Part shown: positions 19,403 to 29,900 of the stretch, piece by piece
Layout: each line of letters begins with the position of its first letter
How positions within the stretch are numbered: position 1 is the first letter of the stretch
Assembly (NCBI GenBank): GCA_964434285.1
Contig: CAYSUJ010000001.1
Coordinates: 304,564-368,563, forward strand
Direction: 5' to 3'
DNA length: 64,000 bases
Origin: an uncultured Candidatus Saccharibacteria bacterium
Lineage (GTDB): Bacteria > Patescibacteriota > Minisyncoccia > Phycocordibacterales > UBA2100
Position numbers and translations under genes: made by a program
The notes under the pieces: generated by a model
Databases searched by the model: none
Told to the model about the DNA's origin: nothing
The model's input: only the letters and a program-made list of their open reading frames with translations

Positions 19403-22400
19403 CCATGGAAAATCCATTCCTAAAGCGCATCGAAGACCATTTGGATAGAATGCGCCAAGTCACCGCAAAAAACATGCTATCACAGGCACCAGCTGCAGAA
19501 GTGAAGCCTGTACGGCCCACGAACCCTCTTTTTGCAAATGCTCGCCCGCGCTCAATACACGAACCAACTCCTATAGAAGCGGCTGGGTTAGCTCATGCAC
19601 GAGAACAAGTCCAAAGCGCTCTCGAGAGCATTGCTCAAGATCCTCATTTTGTCGCTGAAGCTCTTGATCGTGCCCGCGCGACAATCGGTGTTCTTCCGAA
19701 GGATGATACTTTCAACGCAACCCAATTTGAGCAATATGGTAAACAACTCTCAGAGTTCCTCGCGACAAGCGATACCTCAAGTGAGGAAAAGAAAGTAATG
19801 GTTGAAGAGTGCGTTGCAGCAATCGCGACCGGGCAAGGCCTCGATTCTTTGCCCGATAACCTTGCAGCTCGATTCTTAAGCTCGCAAGGCGCGCTCACGA
19901 AGGAGGTGCTCCGGGCAGAAATGACACTTGAGGCACAGGATGAGATAACGAAACCTAATCCGCACGCGTACGCGGCGCGAGCTGCGCTAGTGTTTGGTGC
20001 CGCAGCGGGGAGTCTTCTTCTTGAGGTGGGCACGACGAAAACTGCGCTCATTCAGCTTATTGATATCTACGATCCGCCTGGAATAAAACAACTCGCATCT
20101 TTAATCGCGTCTCAGCTTGAATCATTCGGCTACGACAAACTTTCATCCGTATCCGCAGCTCGTCTCGGAGTTGCTTCGACCATCGCAGGAGGTATCGGAG
20201 GAACTCTCCTCGCAACAAAAGGTCTTAAAAAGTTAGGTCCGAAGGGGAAGGCGGCGATGTACACATCTCTTGGCGCTTCTCTCGGTCTAGGCTATCTCGC
20301 TCTTCAAAATTTCGTCGCCGATAACGCCGCTGTCGCTGAAATGGGGAAAGTGATATCAAGTGAATACAAGCCCATTGCTGAACAAGGACTCTCGGCGAAA
20401 GAAAAGCGACTTGCTGCTATCGAGAAAGCAAAACAGGCAGTGCTCGCTACCCTCGAGCAAGAGAGGAACCGCCCGGGCGCCACGGGATACGGGCACTTTG
20501 CAGCGTTTCTTGATCAGGGCCTCTCAGGAAAATACGATGCAGGCTCGTTTAAATCAGGCGCACCCCAAAAACACGCCGCACTCCAGGAATCGCTTAAGAA
20601 CTTGCGAGTAAAATATTTCCGCTCCGATGCCTTGGGCAACGGTTTGTTATCACTCCTAACTGGTGTGGATAATATTGATCTCACTACTGCCCCAGAAAGC
20701 GCCAAAGCTTTGGTAGCTATTGGTGAGGCCGCGGGGCAAACTAATTTATGGAGTGGGCTTGGGAAAGTTTTAAATCCCGTTGGAGGTGTCACGACACCAA
20801 CTGCCATGTACCAACAAGCCTCGTCTGTAACAGAAGCTTTTCGCGTAATGTTGAAGGCAGATCAAGAAAAAATGAATCGTGTTGCTAGTGGTGCCTCGGA
20901 TTGGCTTGATACCATGATTAAGGCTGCGGGAACTCAAGGAGCGGATGCAAAGCTAATTGCCTCGTTGCGCGATCTCAAGGCAACACTGGGTGCAAACCTC
21001 CGACCACTCGACGCGAGCGAAGGGACGATTACGGCGGCACTCGGAAAGTTGCCCAAACCGACGGGCAAATGGGTCGTCAGAGTTGGAGACACGGAGTTCG
21101 CGCAAATGCAAAAGACACTTGAAGGTACATTCTTCCAAACCGTTTTTGGGTTTGACCTTGTTAAGGACGATTCGTATAGAGCCTTTTACCGCGGCGGAAT
21201 CATCGGACTCCTGTTACTCTTCTTCCTGACTATTAACTACGGCTCCAAGCTCGGGACGAATGCACTATATAAACGTCGTGAGAATGAATTTGAAGGATCC
21301 TTGCAAGATGGAAGTAACGAGCTGAATGAAAAAGAAAGCACGCTTGCCTCAGGAATCGCGCGCTTTCTATTCGAAGCAAACAAGGAATTCGTTACTGCAT
21401 CACGATCACCTGAGTTGGCCGCGGTATTACCCGAGTCCGTTCTAACCATGTACGTACGTAGACGGTTGCGCGAGATGTTTTTAGAGGAACAACAAGCTGA
21501 ATCGCCTGACGACCTTGTGAGCAAGAATGATTCGTGGTCATGGCTTGTTCACGGGATCGTCTTCACTCGGACCCCTGACGATGTGCGCACATTTCTAGCA
21601 TACGCTAATTGGCTTGAAAAATTGACGAAAGACCTCGATACATCAAAAGGTGGTGAAAAACTTCAAGCGGTTGTCGGCGCCATATTCCCATCCTTTGATG
21701 CAGTCGTAAAAGCACGGCACGAATCCCAAAAACCGGGCGTAGATAAACCCGAAAAAATACGAGCGTTTAAGAACGAGCTACGAAAGTTACGCAAACAACA
21801 ACTTGAGAGCCTATATATTGCGCTCTCGGATCGCATCAAGGTGATTGAAAGCACTGAAAGCGCAACAGCTGAGAAACCACTGCGAGGAACCCCTCGACTG
21901 CGGCTCGATATCGACAACACCCGAACGATCGTGGAACCAGAACTCGTAATGCGAGCACTTTCTCACAGCCAGCACTCAAGTGAGTTAGAAGAAATTAGCG
22001 AAACATTACGCTATATCGAAAGCTTGGGCATTAAGCCTGACGCGAGCACTCGAGATGATCTCCGCATTGGACGATTCGATCTCGGACCTGTATTTGCCAT
22101 CCGCAATGAACTCCAGAGAATACGAGTGGCGAGTGCACTGGGAATTCCGGACGCAACTGGACAAAAGGAGGATTTTGAGCGATTTGATGCATATATGGCA
22201 GAAATCGCTGTATCTCTCAGAGAAGCGCGCGATGCGTCGCTTAAACAAGAAGCACTCCTCAGCCCGTATACGCCTGTTTTTGATTGGGAAGAGGGCGCAA
22301 AAGGCAAATTTACCGTACGAATCAGTCTGCACCCCGATACTGAGAGAATTGAAGATCCCGTGGCATCAATCACCTTCCCGGGCACAATACCCGATTTCGC

Positions 22401-22989
22401 AAAACCCGACCCTGCAGTTGCATCAGAGACATTAAGGGAGTGGCTCAAGCCGGGTAGCGATGCGGTACGCGGGCTGGTAGCACAAGAACGAAATACCCAT
22501 ATTAAAAAAGAAATTTCGTCACGACTCGCGACGTTGCGAAAGAAGAATAATGGCTCTCCTTCCATGCGAATCGTCGAATCATCAAGACCCATAGTTCTCG
22601 AAGCCGAAGCTATCTCAATTCAACAAGAGCTCGTTGTACTTCAAGAAATCGCCCGCGAACAGGAGTCTTCGATTCCTCTGGCAAAGCGAGGACTCCCCAT
22701 CCCAGAAGATAAGTATCGCGCGTTTATCGATCCAAACGAGTACACCAGCAACGCTCGAACGCTGGCACAGCTACCGGAACGATTCGGGGATCTACAGTCG
22801 CGTGAATGGCCTGATCGCACGTCCATCACATATAACCCAAATCTACGATCATTTGAAGTGCATATTCAAAAACAAAGGCAATTTACACCAGCAACTTCGG
22901 ACGGCATGAAAAGTACATTACCCCTTACATACACCACAAGAGATGTTGAAGACCTTCTCGGTAAGTATGGTTCACTACAGGAGAAATAG
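19399..22989 (+). CDS. large hypothetical membrane protein (1196 aa)
   Basis: 3.6-kb ORF with several Gly/Ala-rich hydrophobic segments and one strong TM (GGIIGLLLLFFLTINY); hairpin follows the stop. Confidence 0.8.
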   Translation: MTMENPFLKRIEDHLDRMRQVTAKNMLSQAPAAEVKPVRPTNPLFANARPRSIHEPTPIEAAGLAHAREQVQSALESIAQDPHFVAEALDRARATIGVLPKDDTFNATQFEQYGKQLSEFLATSDTSSEEKKVMVEECVAAIATGQGLDSLPDNLAARFLSSQGALTKEVLRAEMTLEAQDEITKPNPHAYAARAALVFGAAAGSLLLEVGTTKTALIQLIDIYDPPGIKQLASLIASQLESFGYDKLSSVSAARLGVASTIAGGIGGTLLATKGLKKLGPKGKAAMYTSLGASLGLGYLALQNFVADNAAVAEMGKVISSEYKPIAEQGLSAKEKRLAAIEKAKQAVLATLEQERNRPGATGYGHFAAFLDQGLSGKYDAGSFKSGAPQKHAALQESLKNLRVKYFRSDALGNGLLSLLTGVDNIDLTTAPESAKALVAIGEAAGQTNLWSGLGKVLNPVGGVTTPTAMYQQASSVTEAFRVMLKADQEKMNRVASGASDWLDTMIKAAGTQGADAKLIASLRDLKATLGANLRPLDASEGTITAALGKLPKPTGKWVVRVGDTEFAQMQKTLEGTFFQTVFGFDLVKDDSYRAFYRGGIIGLLLLFFLTINYGSKLGTNALYKRRENEFEGSLQDGSNELNEKESTLASGIARFLFEANKEFVTASRSPELAAVLPESVLTMYVRRRLREMFLEEQQAESPDDLVSKNDSWSWLVHGIVFTRTPDDVRTFLAYANWLEKLTKDLDTSKGGEKLQAVVGAIFPSFDAVVKARHESQKPGVDKPEKIRAFKNELRKLRKQQLESLYIALSDRIKVIESTESATAEKPLRGTPRLRLDIDNTRTIVEPELVMRALSHSQHSSELEEISETLRYIESLGIKPDASTRDDLRIGRFDLGPVFAIRNELQRIRVASALGIPDATGQKEDFERFDAYMAEIAVSLREARDASLKQEALLSPYTPVFDWEEGAKGKFTVRISLHPDTERIEDPVASITFPGTIPDFAKPDPAVASETLREWLKPGSDAVRGLVAQERNTHIKKEISSRLATLRKKNNGSPSMRIVESSRPIVLEAEAISIQQELVVLQEIAREQESSIPLAKRGLPIPEDKYRAFIDPNEYTSNARTLAQLPERFGDLQSREWPDRTSITYNPNLRSFEVHIQKQRQFTPATSDGMKSTLPLTYTTRDVEDLLGKYGSLQEK

Positions 22990-23033
22990 CCTCACAAACA
23001 AACAACGGCATCGTGCCGTTGTTGTTGATTATT

Positions 23034-23201
23034 CTACCCGCTCCCAAAGAGTGCAAACAAAATAACACCGAAGACTACGGCAATCCAAGCAAAAGTGATG
23101 ACCCTACCTATGACACCTACTAAGTGCCGTGCTTTTTGCACGTCGCGCTGCTGTACCATTTGATGACTCCGTTTCTCCGGGGCGGGAACTTCTTTGTACA
23201 T
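23034..23201 (-). CDS. small membrane protein
   Basis: C-terminal TM (VITFAWIAVVFGVILFALF); start uncertain. Confidence 0.4.
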   Translation of the reverse strand: MYKEVPAPEKRSHQMVQQRDVQKARHLVGVIGRVITFAWIAVVFGVILFALFGSG

Positions 23202-23227
23202 CCTAGTTGCTACAACCCCACTGTCAA

Positions 23228-23914
23228 CTACCATCCCCGTGTCGCAAGTGCCTTACCCGCCGCATCCTGTTCTGCCTCTTGTTTGGACTTTCCTTCGCCT
23301 AATGCTTGCTTCTCTTTGCCGAGAAAGACTGCAACCACAAATCGCTTGTCGTGATCGGGACCGCTTTGGTCACTCAACTCGTACGTAGGAGTGACTCCGA
23401 TTTTGTCTTGCGCCACTTCCTGCAACCGACTCTTCGCATCTTGCCAGAGACGCTTCTCGACAACCTCATCGGTTTTATGGAAGAGCTGAGCCTCAATAAA
23501 TGCGTATGATGCCTCATAGCCCTGATCGAGATAGATGGCACCAATCACCGCCTCAAAAGCGTTTGCAAGAATAATCTGGCGGGCGCGCCCAGTATCTTTT
23601 GCCTCACCACGCGAGAGAAGGAGAAAATCGTTCATGCCGAGCTTTGTCGCAGCATCAGAAATTGATTGCGTATTCACAAGAGCGGCGCGAAGTGAGGTGA
23701 GCTCACCCTCTGGTTTCTGCGGATATTTCTTATACAGAAACTCCGTCACAACGAGCTCCAACACCGCATCGCCCAAAAATTCCAAGCGCTCATTATGCTC
23801 GCGCCCCGGGGCACGATTTTCATTGAGGTAGGATCTATGGGTAAACGCTGTCTCTAACAATCGCTTATCCTTAAATCCAACACTGATTTTTTGTTCAAAT
23901 GGACCAAAGTCCAT
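23228..23914 (-). CDS. rnc: ribonuclease III
   Basis: AFTHRS, NERLEFLGDAVL, C-terminal dsRBD (DAKSRLQE...SKQEAEQDAA). Confidence 0.97.
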   Translation of the reverse strand: MDFGPFEQKISVGFKDKRLLETAFTHRSYLNENRAPGREHNERLEFLGDAVLELVVTEFLYKKYPQKPEGELTSLRAALVNTQSISDAATKLGMNDFLLLSRGEAKDTGRARQIILANAFEAVIGAIYLDQGYEASYAFIEAQLFHKTDEVVEKRLWQDAKSRLQEVAQDKIGVTPTYELSDQSGPDHDKRFVVAVFLGKEKQALGEGKSKQEAEQDAAGKALATRGW

Positions 23915-23929
23915 GGCGGTACCTTACTA

Positions 23930-24847
23930 TTATTTTGCTTTCTGCGCCAGCACATTAATGGCAGGAATAATGATTTTCAGCGTATCGTCGTAAAAATTTA
24001 AAGAACCCACCTGCGAGAGCGGGAACCATTGCGCGTCGTCGAGACCACCAGATGAGCCGAGTGTGATATCTGCAAAGGGAGACTCTGCAAGGAAGTAGGT
24101 GACGCGTTTGCGCTTTTTCCCCCCTTTGATTTCCGAGTCATTCGCCGTGTATTCATTCACACCAAGTTGTTGCTTGATTTCGATATCAAGTCCAAGCTCT
24201 TCTTTAATTGCGCGTCTCGTTCCCTCTTCAAGCGATTCGCCTTCTCGAATCTTTCCCTTCGATATCGTCCAGTGACCAAAAATGTCGTGCACAAACGCAA
24301 GGTACGTCTCCCCTTCATGCTTCGCGAAGACAACCGCACCCGCGAGATGCTCGACTGGCATCTTGCCAATGCCCTGCCCGCCAGGGCCGGACTTACGCGC
24401 ACTTCCCTCATTTTTTCCCGGTTCCCCGAGCTCAATATAAACGGCGCCGAGGACGCCGTTTATAAAGCGCCCCGAAGAGTTTGATCCGAAATTTTTTGCG
24501 AGCTCAATGGCCTCATTGATGGCGACCTTGGCCGGCACCTGCGTTCTGTCAGCAAAAAGAAGTTCGCAGAGTCCGAGGCGGAGAATGTTGCGGTCTATCG
24601 CAGCTATTTTTTCGAGCGGCCATTCGGGTGCCGCTTTTTCTATCACAGTATCGATCTCTTTCTGTTTCGCAATGACGGTCTTCAGTAATTCCGTCATGAA
24701 GGGCATGTCGTTGTCTCGAGCACCAAATTCTTTTGAGTACTCGGCGAGCCGCTGCGAACCCTCTTCGAGATTCATTGCATTTTGAGCGGAGTCTCTTTCA
24801 AAGAGAACCTGAAGAACAACCGAGCGTGCGAGGTGGCGATTGGCCAT
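23930..24847 (-). CDS. nusB: NusB fused to a C-terminal Nudix domain
   Basis: IDRNILRL, VAINEAIELAK, FINGVLG; then KGKIREGESLEEGTRRAIKEELGL (Nudix box). Confidence 0.92.
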   Translation of the reverse strand: MANRHLARSVVLQVLFERDSAQNAMNLEEGSQRLAEYSKEFGARDNDMPFMTELLKTVIAKQKEIDTVIEKAAPEWPLEKIAAIDRNILRLGLCELLFADRTQVPAKVAINEAIELAKNFGSNSSGRFINGVLGAVYIELGEPGKNEGSARKSGPGGQGIGKMPVEHLAGAVVFAKHEGETYLAFVHDIFGHWTISKGKIREGESLEEGTRRAIKEELGLDIEIKQQLGVNEYTANDSEIKGGKKRKRVTYFLAESPFADITLGSSGGLDDAQWFPLSQVGSLNFYDDTLKIIIPAINVLAQKAK

Positions 24848-24916
24848 ACGCTAGTGAGCCATAAAGAACAAAGAGCCCATATGGGCTCATCGTACCACGT
24901 AGTGCGCAAGGCAAAC

Positions 24917-25180
24917 CTACTCGGCTGTGGATTCCTTGGGTGTTGCCTGACCACTTGCCTTCAGTGCCTTTTCGCGGCGCTTCATGCGACGCGCCGTGCG
25001 CTTTGCACGAGCTTCGACGTCAATAACCTGCTTACCGCGGTACATACCCGTGATCGGATTTGCGCGATGACTGAGAAATGAGTTCCCCGCCGCATCCTTG
25101 GAGATATGCGTGGAAGACAAAGCGTGGTGACTTCGGCGTTTTGCTGTTTGCGACCGGTTTCGGCGCATTCGGACTACCAT
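24917..25180 (-). CDS. rpmF: 50S ribosomal protein L32 (no zinc cysteines)
   Basis: KRRSHHAL...SHRA...GMYRGKQVI; TATAAT 6 nt upstream. Confidence 0.85.
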   Translation of the reverse strand: MVVRMRRNRSQTAKRRSHHALSSTHISKDAAGNSFLSHRANPITGMYRGKQVIDVEARAKRTARRMKRREKALKASGQATPKESTAE

Positions 25181-25243
25181 GGAGCCATTATAACCTAAAA
25201 CATCCCCAAAGCAAACGGCGGCCTTGGGGGCCGCCGAGTTCAC

Positions 25244-25498
25244 CTACGAGCGAGAAACGCTGGAATTCACCACCCTCTCCCGTACCCTGAGTGCCAAATC
25301 GCCCCCACTGTATTTTGAGAGGAAATGGCTTGCGCCATTACAAAGCTCACCTTTGCCAATTTGGCAGAAACCACCAGCACCCTTTTTGGTTTTAGCGTTT
25401 CGACTGCAAAAGGCGCAGATCGCTGGCTGAACCTCGCTTGGCGACATAACCTCGCCGAACGTGCTTCTCAGCTTTCTGACAACACATTTGTTATTCAC
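25244..25498 (-). CDS. hypothetical Cys-containing protein
   Basis: GGAGGG SD before GTG; CAFC and further Cys residues. Confidence 0.35.
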   Translation of the reverse strand: MNNKCVVRKLRSTFGEVMSPSEVQPAICAFCSRNAKTKKGAGGFCQIGKGELCNGASHFLSKYSGGDLALRVRERVVNSSVSRS

Positions 25499-25555
25499 AA
25501 TACCCTCCGCGGATTAGTGTTGCAGACTCCACCCTACACCCATATTAGCCCCTAA

Positions 25556-26158
25556 TCAAGCGTAGGCTGTCAAGAACGTTTTGCGGTGTATGAGGGGTAG
25601 TAGGCCATGCTGTCGGATAGCCAGCGTGTGGGCAGCAGTGCCATATCCCTTATGCTGCGCGAAGCCGTATCGGTTATGCGCCTCGGAGAGCTCCTCCATA
25701 TGCATGTCGCGCGTCACCTTCGCAATCATCGAAGCGAACGATATGGCGGGAATCGTCTCGTCGCCGCGGACGAATGATTCCTGCTCCCACTCCGATGAAA
25801 CTGAAAGCCCCGCGTCCAAGAGCACCTTCACACGCGCGGGACCAATACCCAGCCGCTGCACCGCTATCGCCGCAGCCTCGCGCGCCGCGTTCGCGATACC
25901 AATCATATCGATGACTTCTGCCTCGACGAGTGCATGCGCGTGGCGCAAGCGCCCATGATTCACTATGGCGCTATACAACACCTGTCGCTGTTGCGCAGAA
26001 AGTTGTTTTGAATCGCGAAGTTTGGGCACGCCGCGCTTGGTGATAAGTGCGAACACTTCACACCAGTCGAAATCTGCTGGATAGAGAACGGCACCGACAC
26101 ACACAGGACCGGCGAGTGCACCCCGCCCAGCCTCATCAACGCCGATGTACCACTGCAC
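25556..26158 (-). CDS. rnhB: ribonuclease HII
   Basis: GVDEAGRGALAGPV, LRDSKQLS, ASMIAKVTRD, HKGYGT, IHRKTF. Confidence 0.95.
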   Translation of the reverse strand: MQWYIGVDEAGRGALAGPVCVGAVLYPADFDWCEVFALITKRGVPKLRDSKQLSAQQRQVLYSAIVNHGRLRHAHALVEAEVIDMIGIANAAREAAAIAVQRLGIGPARVKVLLDAGLSVSSEWEQESFVRGDETIPAISFASMIAKVTRDMHMEELSEAHNRYGFAQHKGYGTAAHTLAIRQHGLLPLIHRKTFLTAYA

Positions 26159-26205
26159 CTCCCAACAATAGCAACGGGAAGCACCCCATGACTGAGAAAT
26201 CCCCA

Positions 26206-26233
26206 ACCATGTAGGACACGCCGTGTCCTACAT
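26206..26233. repeat. REP-like GTAG palindrome (left)
   Basis: ACCATGTAGGACACG-C-CGTGTCCTACAT; overlaps the transposase stop codon. Confidence 0.85.
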
Positions 26234-26875
26234 TTCGATCCTTATACTCTCCTCTGTAAGTGAAGGCGTATTGATCAGGGCTGCAATTTCGATGCGTTGG
26301 TTTTTTGCGCTCCCTAGGAGCGCTTTTAGAACACGATTATCGATGACTGAAGGGAAATTTCTCTCACCCATATAATCAAGATAACTACTCCATCGATACT
26401 CATGGAGGTACGCAAGAGCATCCGACACCTTTTTTACATTTCCCTGTCTCCATTCGGGCATCGAAAAATCCAGTGGGTTAAGGTGTATGTAGTATGGTAT
26501 GTAGTTGAAATGCGCATCGCGCTGAAGGTGTATTTTTTTAAAGACACCCTGCCAAAGCACGCCACTACGCGAATACTTTTCGTTGAAATATTTTGCATAT
26601 CCCATGCCTAACTTTTGAGCAAAACGAGAAACATACACCGCATCGTCATCGACCGGAGAAAGAAGGAGGTGGTAATGATTGTCCATCAGACACCATGCAT
26701 GAATGTGCACGAGGCGTTTATGATTTCTATCTCTACGCTCTCGCACATGTCTATGGGCCACTATTTTCTGATTATTAAGTTCATACAAGTCGCTTACGAA
26801 TCGAGCCCGATCCCCATCGTCGAGCACAATTTTTCTTTTTTCTACGCCCCTGTTGAGAATGTGATAAAAATCCAT
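26228..26875 (-). mobile_element. REP-associated tyrosine (HUH/Y1, IS200-like) transposase
   Basis: FYHILNRG, AWCLMDNHYHLL (HUH), YFNEKYSRSG.LWQG.F, YIHLNP, YRWSSY. Confidence 0.9.
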
Positions 26876-26890
26876 GATTCACTTAACTGT

Positions 26891-26921
26891 ACCATGTAGG
26901 ACACGCCGTGTCCTACATGGT
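26891..26921. repeat. REP-like GTAG palindrome (right)
   Basis: ACCATGTAGGACACG-C-CGTGTCCTACATGGT, perfect 15-bp arms. Confidence 0.85.
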
Positions 26922-26953
26922 CGAGGCAAGCGCCGCCTTATATAATCCTCGAC

Positions 26954-29900
26954 ATGGCCATGCAACGCTTTGCCCATCTGCATACCCATTCTCATTACTC
27001 CCTCCTCGAGGCGCTCCCCAAAATCGAAGAACTCATAGAGGCCGCAAAAGCAGACGGGCATGAGGCGCTCGCACTGACGGACGCCGGCAACATGTACGGC
27101 GCGATCGAGTTTTATAAAGCAGCAAAGGCGGCGGGGATAAAGCCTATTATTGGTGTCGATTTCTTCGTCGCACCGCGCACACGACACGATAAAGAACATC
27201 GTGTCGATGATCGCCCTTCCAGACTAGTACTTCTTGCAAAGGATATCACTGGCTATAAAAATCTCATCGAACTCGTCTCGATATCGTTCCTTGAGGGCTT
27301 CCACTTCCGCCCGCGGATCGATCGTGAACTCGTGGTCGCGCATCAGAAGGGACTCATCGCCATCCTTCCCTCGATTGAAGGCGAGCACGCAATTCATCTG
27401 AGTGACACCATGCCCGATAAAGCGGACGAATCGCTCGCATTTTACGCAAAGACGTTTGGCTCCGATCTCTTTCTCGAAATTTCGCATCACCCCGAGATCG
27501 AGCGGCACATGGATATGCAGAAAAAAGCGATCGATATGGCCCATGCAAAACAGATTCCACTGATCGCTGCGCAGGACGTCTACTATCTCAAGAAAGAGGA
27601 CGCCCTCGCACGAGAAATGGTGGACAAAATAAGAACGGGCGGCACGCTCGATCGAGAATTTGGTGCAAGTGTAGGCGATTTTTCTTTTATAACGGCCGCA
27701 GACGCCACAAAATTCTTTAAAGACACACCTCAAGCACTCGAAAACATTGGGCGCATAATTGACGCATGCAACATCGAGCTCGATCTCGGCAAATGGGTTT
27801 TCCCGGCAATCAAAGTCGAGAACGGTTCGTATGACGACGCGCTCCGAGAGCTCGCCTACAGGGGTTTTGTATCTCGCGGGTTGGAAAAAACACCCGAACT
27901 CCGCGAGCGCCTCGATTACGAGCTCTCTGTCATCGCAAAAAAGGGTTACTCTCCCTACTTTCTTGTCGTATCCGACCTTCTCCACTTTGCACATGAGCAC
28001 GGCATCCTCACGAACATCCGCGGCTCTGTCGCGGGTTCGCTCGTGACATATCTTTCCCACATCACAAACGTGAATCCGATAGAATACGGACTCCCCTTTG
28101 AGCGATTCCTGAATCCCGAGCGCCCCTCAGCGCCGGACATCGACATGGACTACGCCGATAATCGACGTGACGAGATGATCGCCTACGCGCGGCAGAAATA
28201 CGGCGAAGATCACGTGGCGCAAATAGGCACCTTCGGCACCATGATGGCACGCGCGGCCGTGCGCGACGTCTCACGCGCACTCGGCCACAGCTACGGCACC
28301 GGTGATCGCATCGCGAAGATGATCCCCTTCGGCAAACAGGGATTCCCCGTCACAATCGACAGCTCGCTCCAAGAAGTGCCCGAACTCGCGGAGGCCTACA
28401 AAAAAGACCCGGATGCCCGCGAGATTCTCGATATGGCACGCAAGGTGGAAGGCAACGCGAGGCACGTGGGTGTACACGCAGCGGGCGTCGTGATTGCACC
28501 AACACCCGTCACCGATTTCGTTCCCATTCAGCTCGACCCAAAGGGCGGCAAAATCATCACGCAGTACGACATGCATGCGGTGGAAGACGCGGGCCTCTTG
28601 AAGTTCGACTTCCTCGGACTCACCAACCTCTCCACACTCGCCGACGCGCGCGACCGCGTAAAGACGCGCCGCGGTATTGAAATAGATTTCGACAACCTGC
28701 CACTCGACGACCAAAAAACCTTCGATATGCTCTCCCGAGGCGAAACGCTCGGCGTCTTCCAGCTCGCGGGCGGCGGCATGACAAACCATCTGGTGGAACT
28801 CAAACCCTCAGTGATTCACGACATCAACGCTATGGTCGCCCTCTATCGCCCCGGTCCAATGAACTTCATTCCGCAATACATCGAACGCAAACACGACCCG
28901 CGGAAAGTCGTGTATCTCGACCCGCGCCTCGAACCGATTCTCAAGAAATCATACGGCGTCATCACCTATCAGGACGACGTTCTTCAGATCGCGATCCAGT
29001 TCGCTGGCTACTCATGGCTCGAGGCCGACAAGTTCCGCAAAGCGATGGGTAAAAAGATTCCGGCGGAAATGGCCGCGCAGAAAGAAAAGTTTACGAAAGG
29101 CTGTCTTGATATCGGCAAGATGCGCCCAGACGTGGTTCAGAAGCTCTGGGAGCAGATCGAAACCTTCGCTGCCTATGGCTTCAACAAAGCGCACGCGGCA
29201 TCCTATGGCCGCCTCGCCTATGAGACCGCCTATATGAAAGCGAATTACCCAGTGGATTACATGGCAGCAGTGCTCACCTCAGACGCAGGTGACGTCGACA
29301 AAATCGCGGAAGTCGTAGCCGAGTGCAAACGTATGAAGCTCACCATCCTCCCACCCCTCGTGAATGAAAGCCGCGGCACCTTCACGGTGATGGATGATAC
29401 AACAATCCGTTTTGGTTTGTACTCAATCAAGAATTTCGGCACGGGCATCGCAGATTCCATCATTGCCGAGCGCGAAAGCGTCGGGAAGTTCACCTCGATA
29501 GCTGATTTCCTCGCCCGCATTGGTGACAAAAATCTCAATAAGAAATCATTAGAAGCCCTCATCATGTGCGGCGCGCTCGACGACCTCGCACCCGAAGGAG
29601 GCGGGCGCAACACGCTCCTGAAAAATATCGAACTTCTCCTCACCTATCGCAAAGAAAGCCAAAGTGCACCCGTCGGGCAGGATTCACTCTTCGGCGCTTC
29701 GGTATCAAGTGCGCGCGCGGACCTCAGGCTTCCTGAGGAACAGCCAGCGACACAAGAAGTAAAATTAAAGTGGGAAAAGGAACTCCTCGGGTTCTATGTT
29801 TCTGGCCACCCGCTCGACAAGCACGCAGCCGTGCTCGCTCGCCAGAAAATGAACATCCCGCAGATGAAGGAGCGCTTCCCGCGAGGTGTGGAAACAGTCA

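Noticed and set aside
24873-24888. GAGCCCATATGGGCTC palindrome between rpmF and nusB
   Set aside because: Short, single copy and no supporting context.
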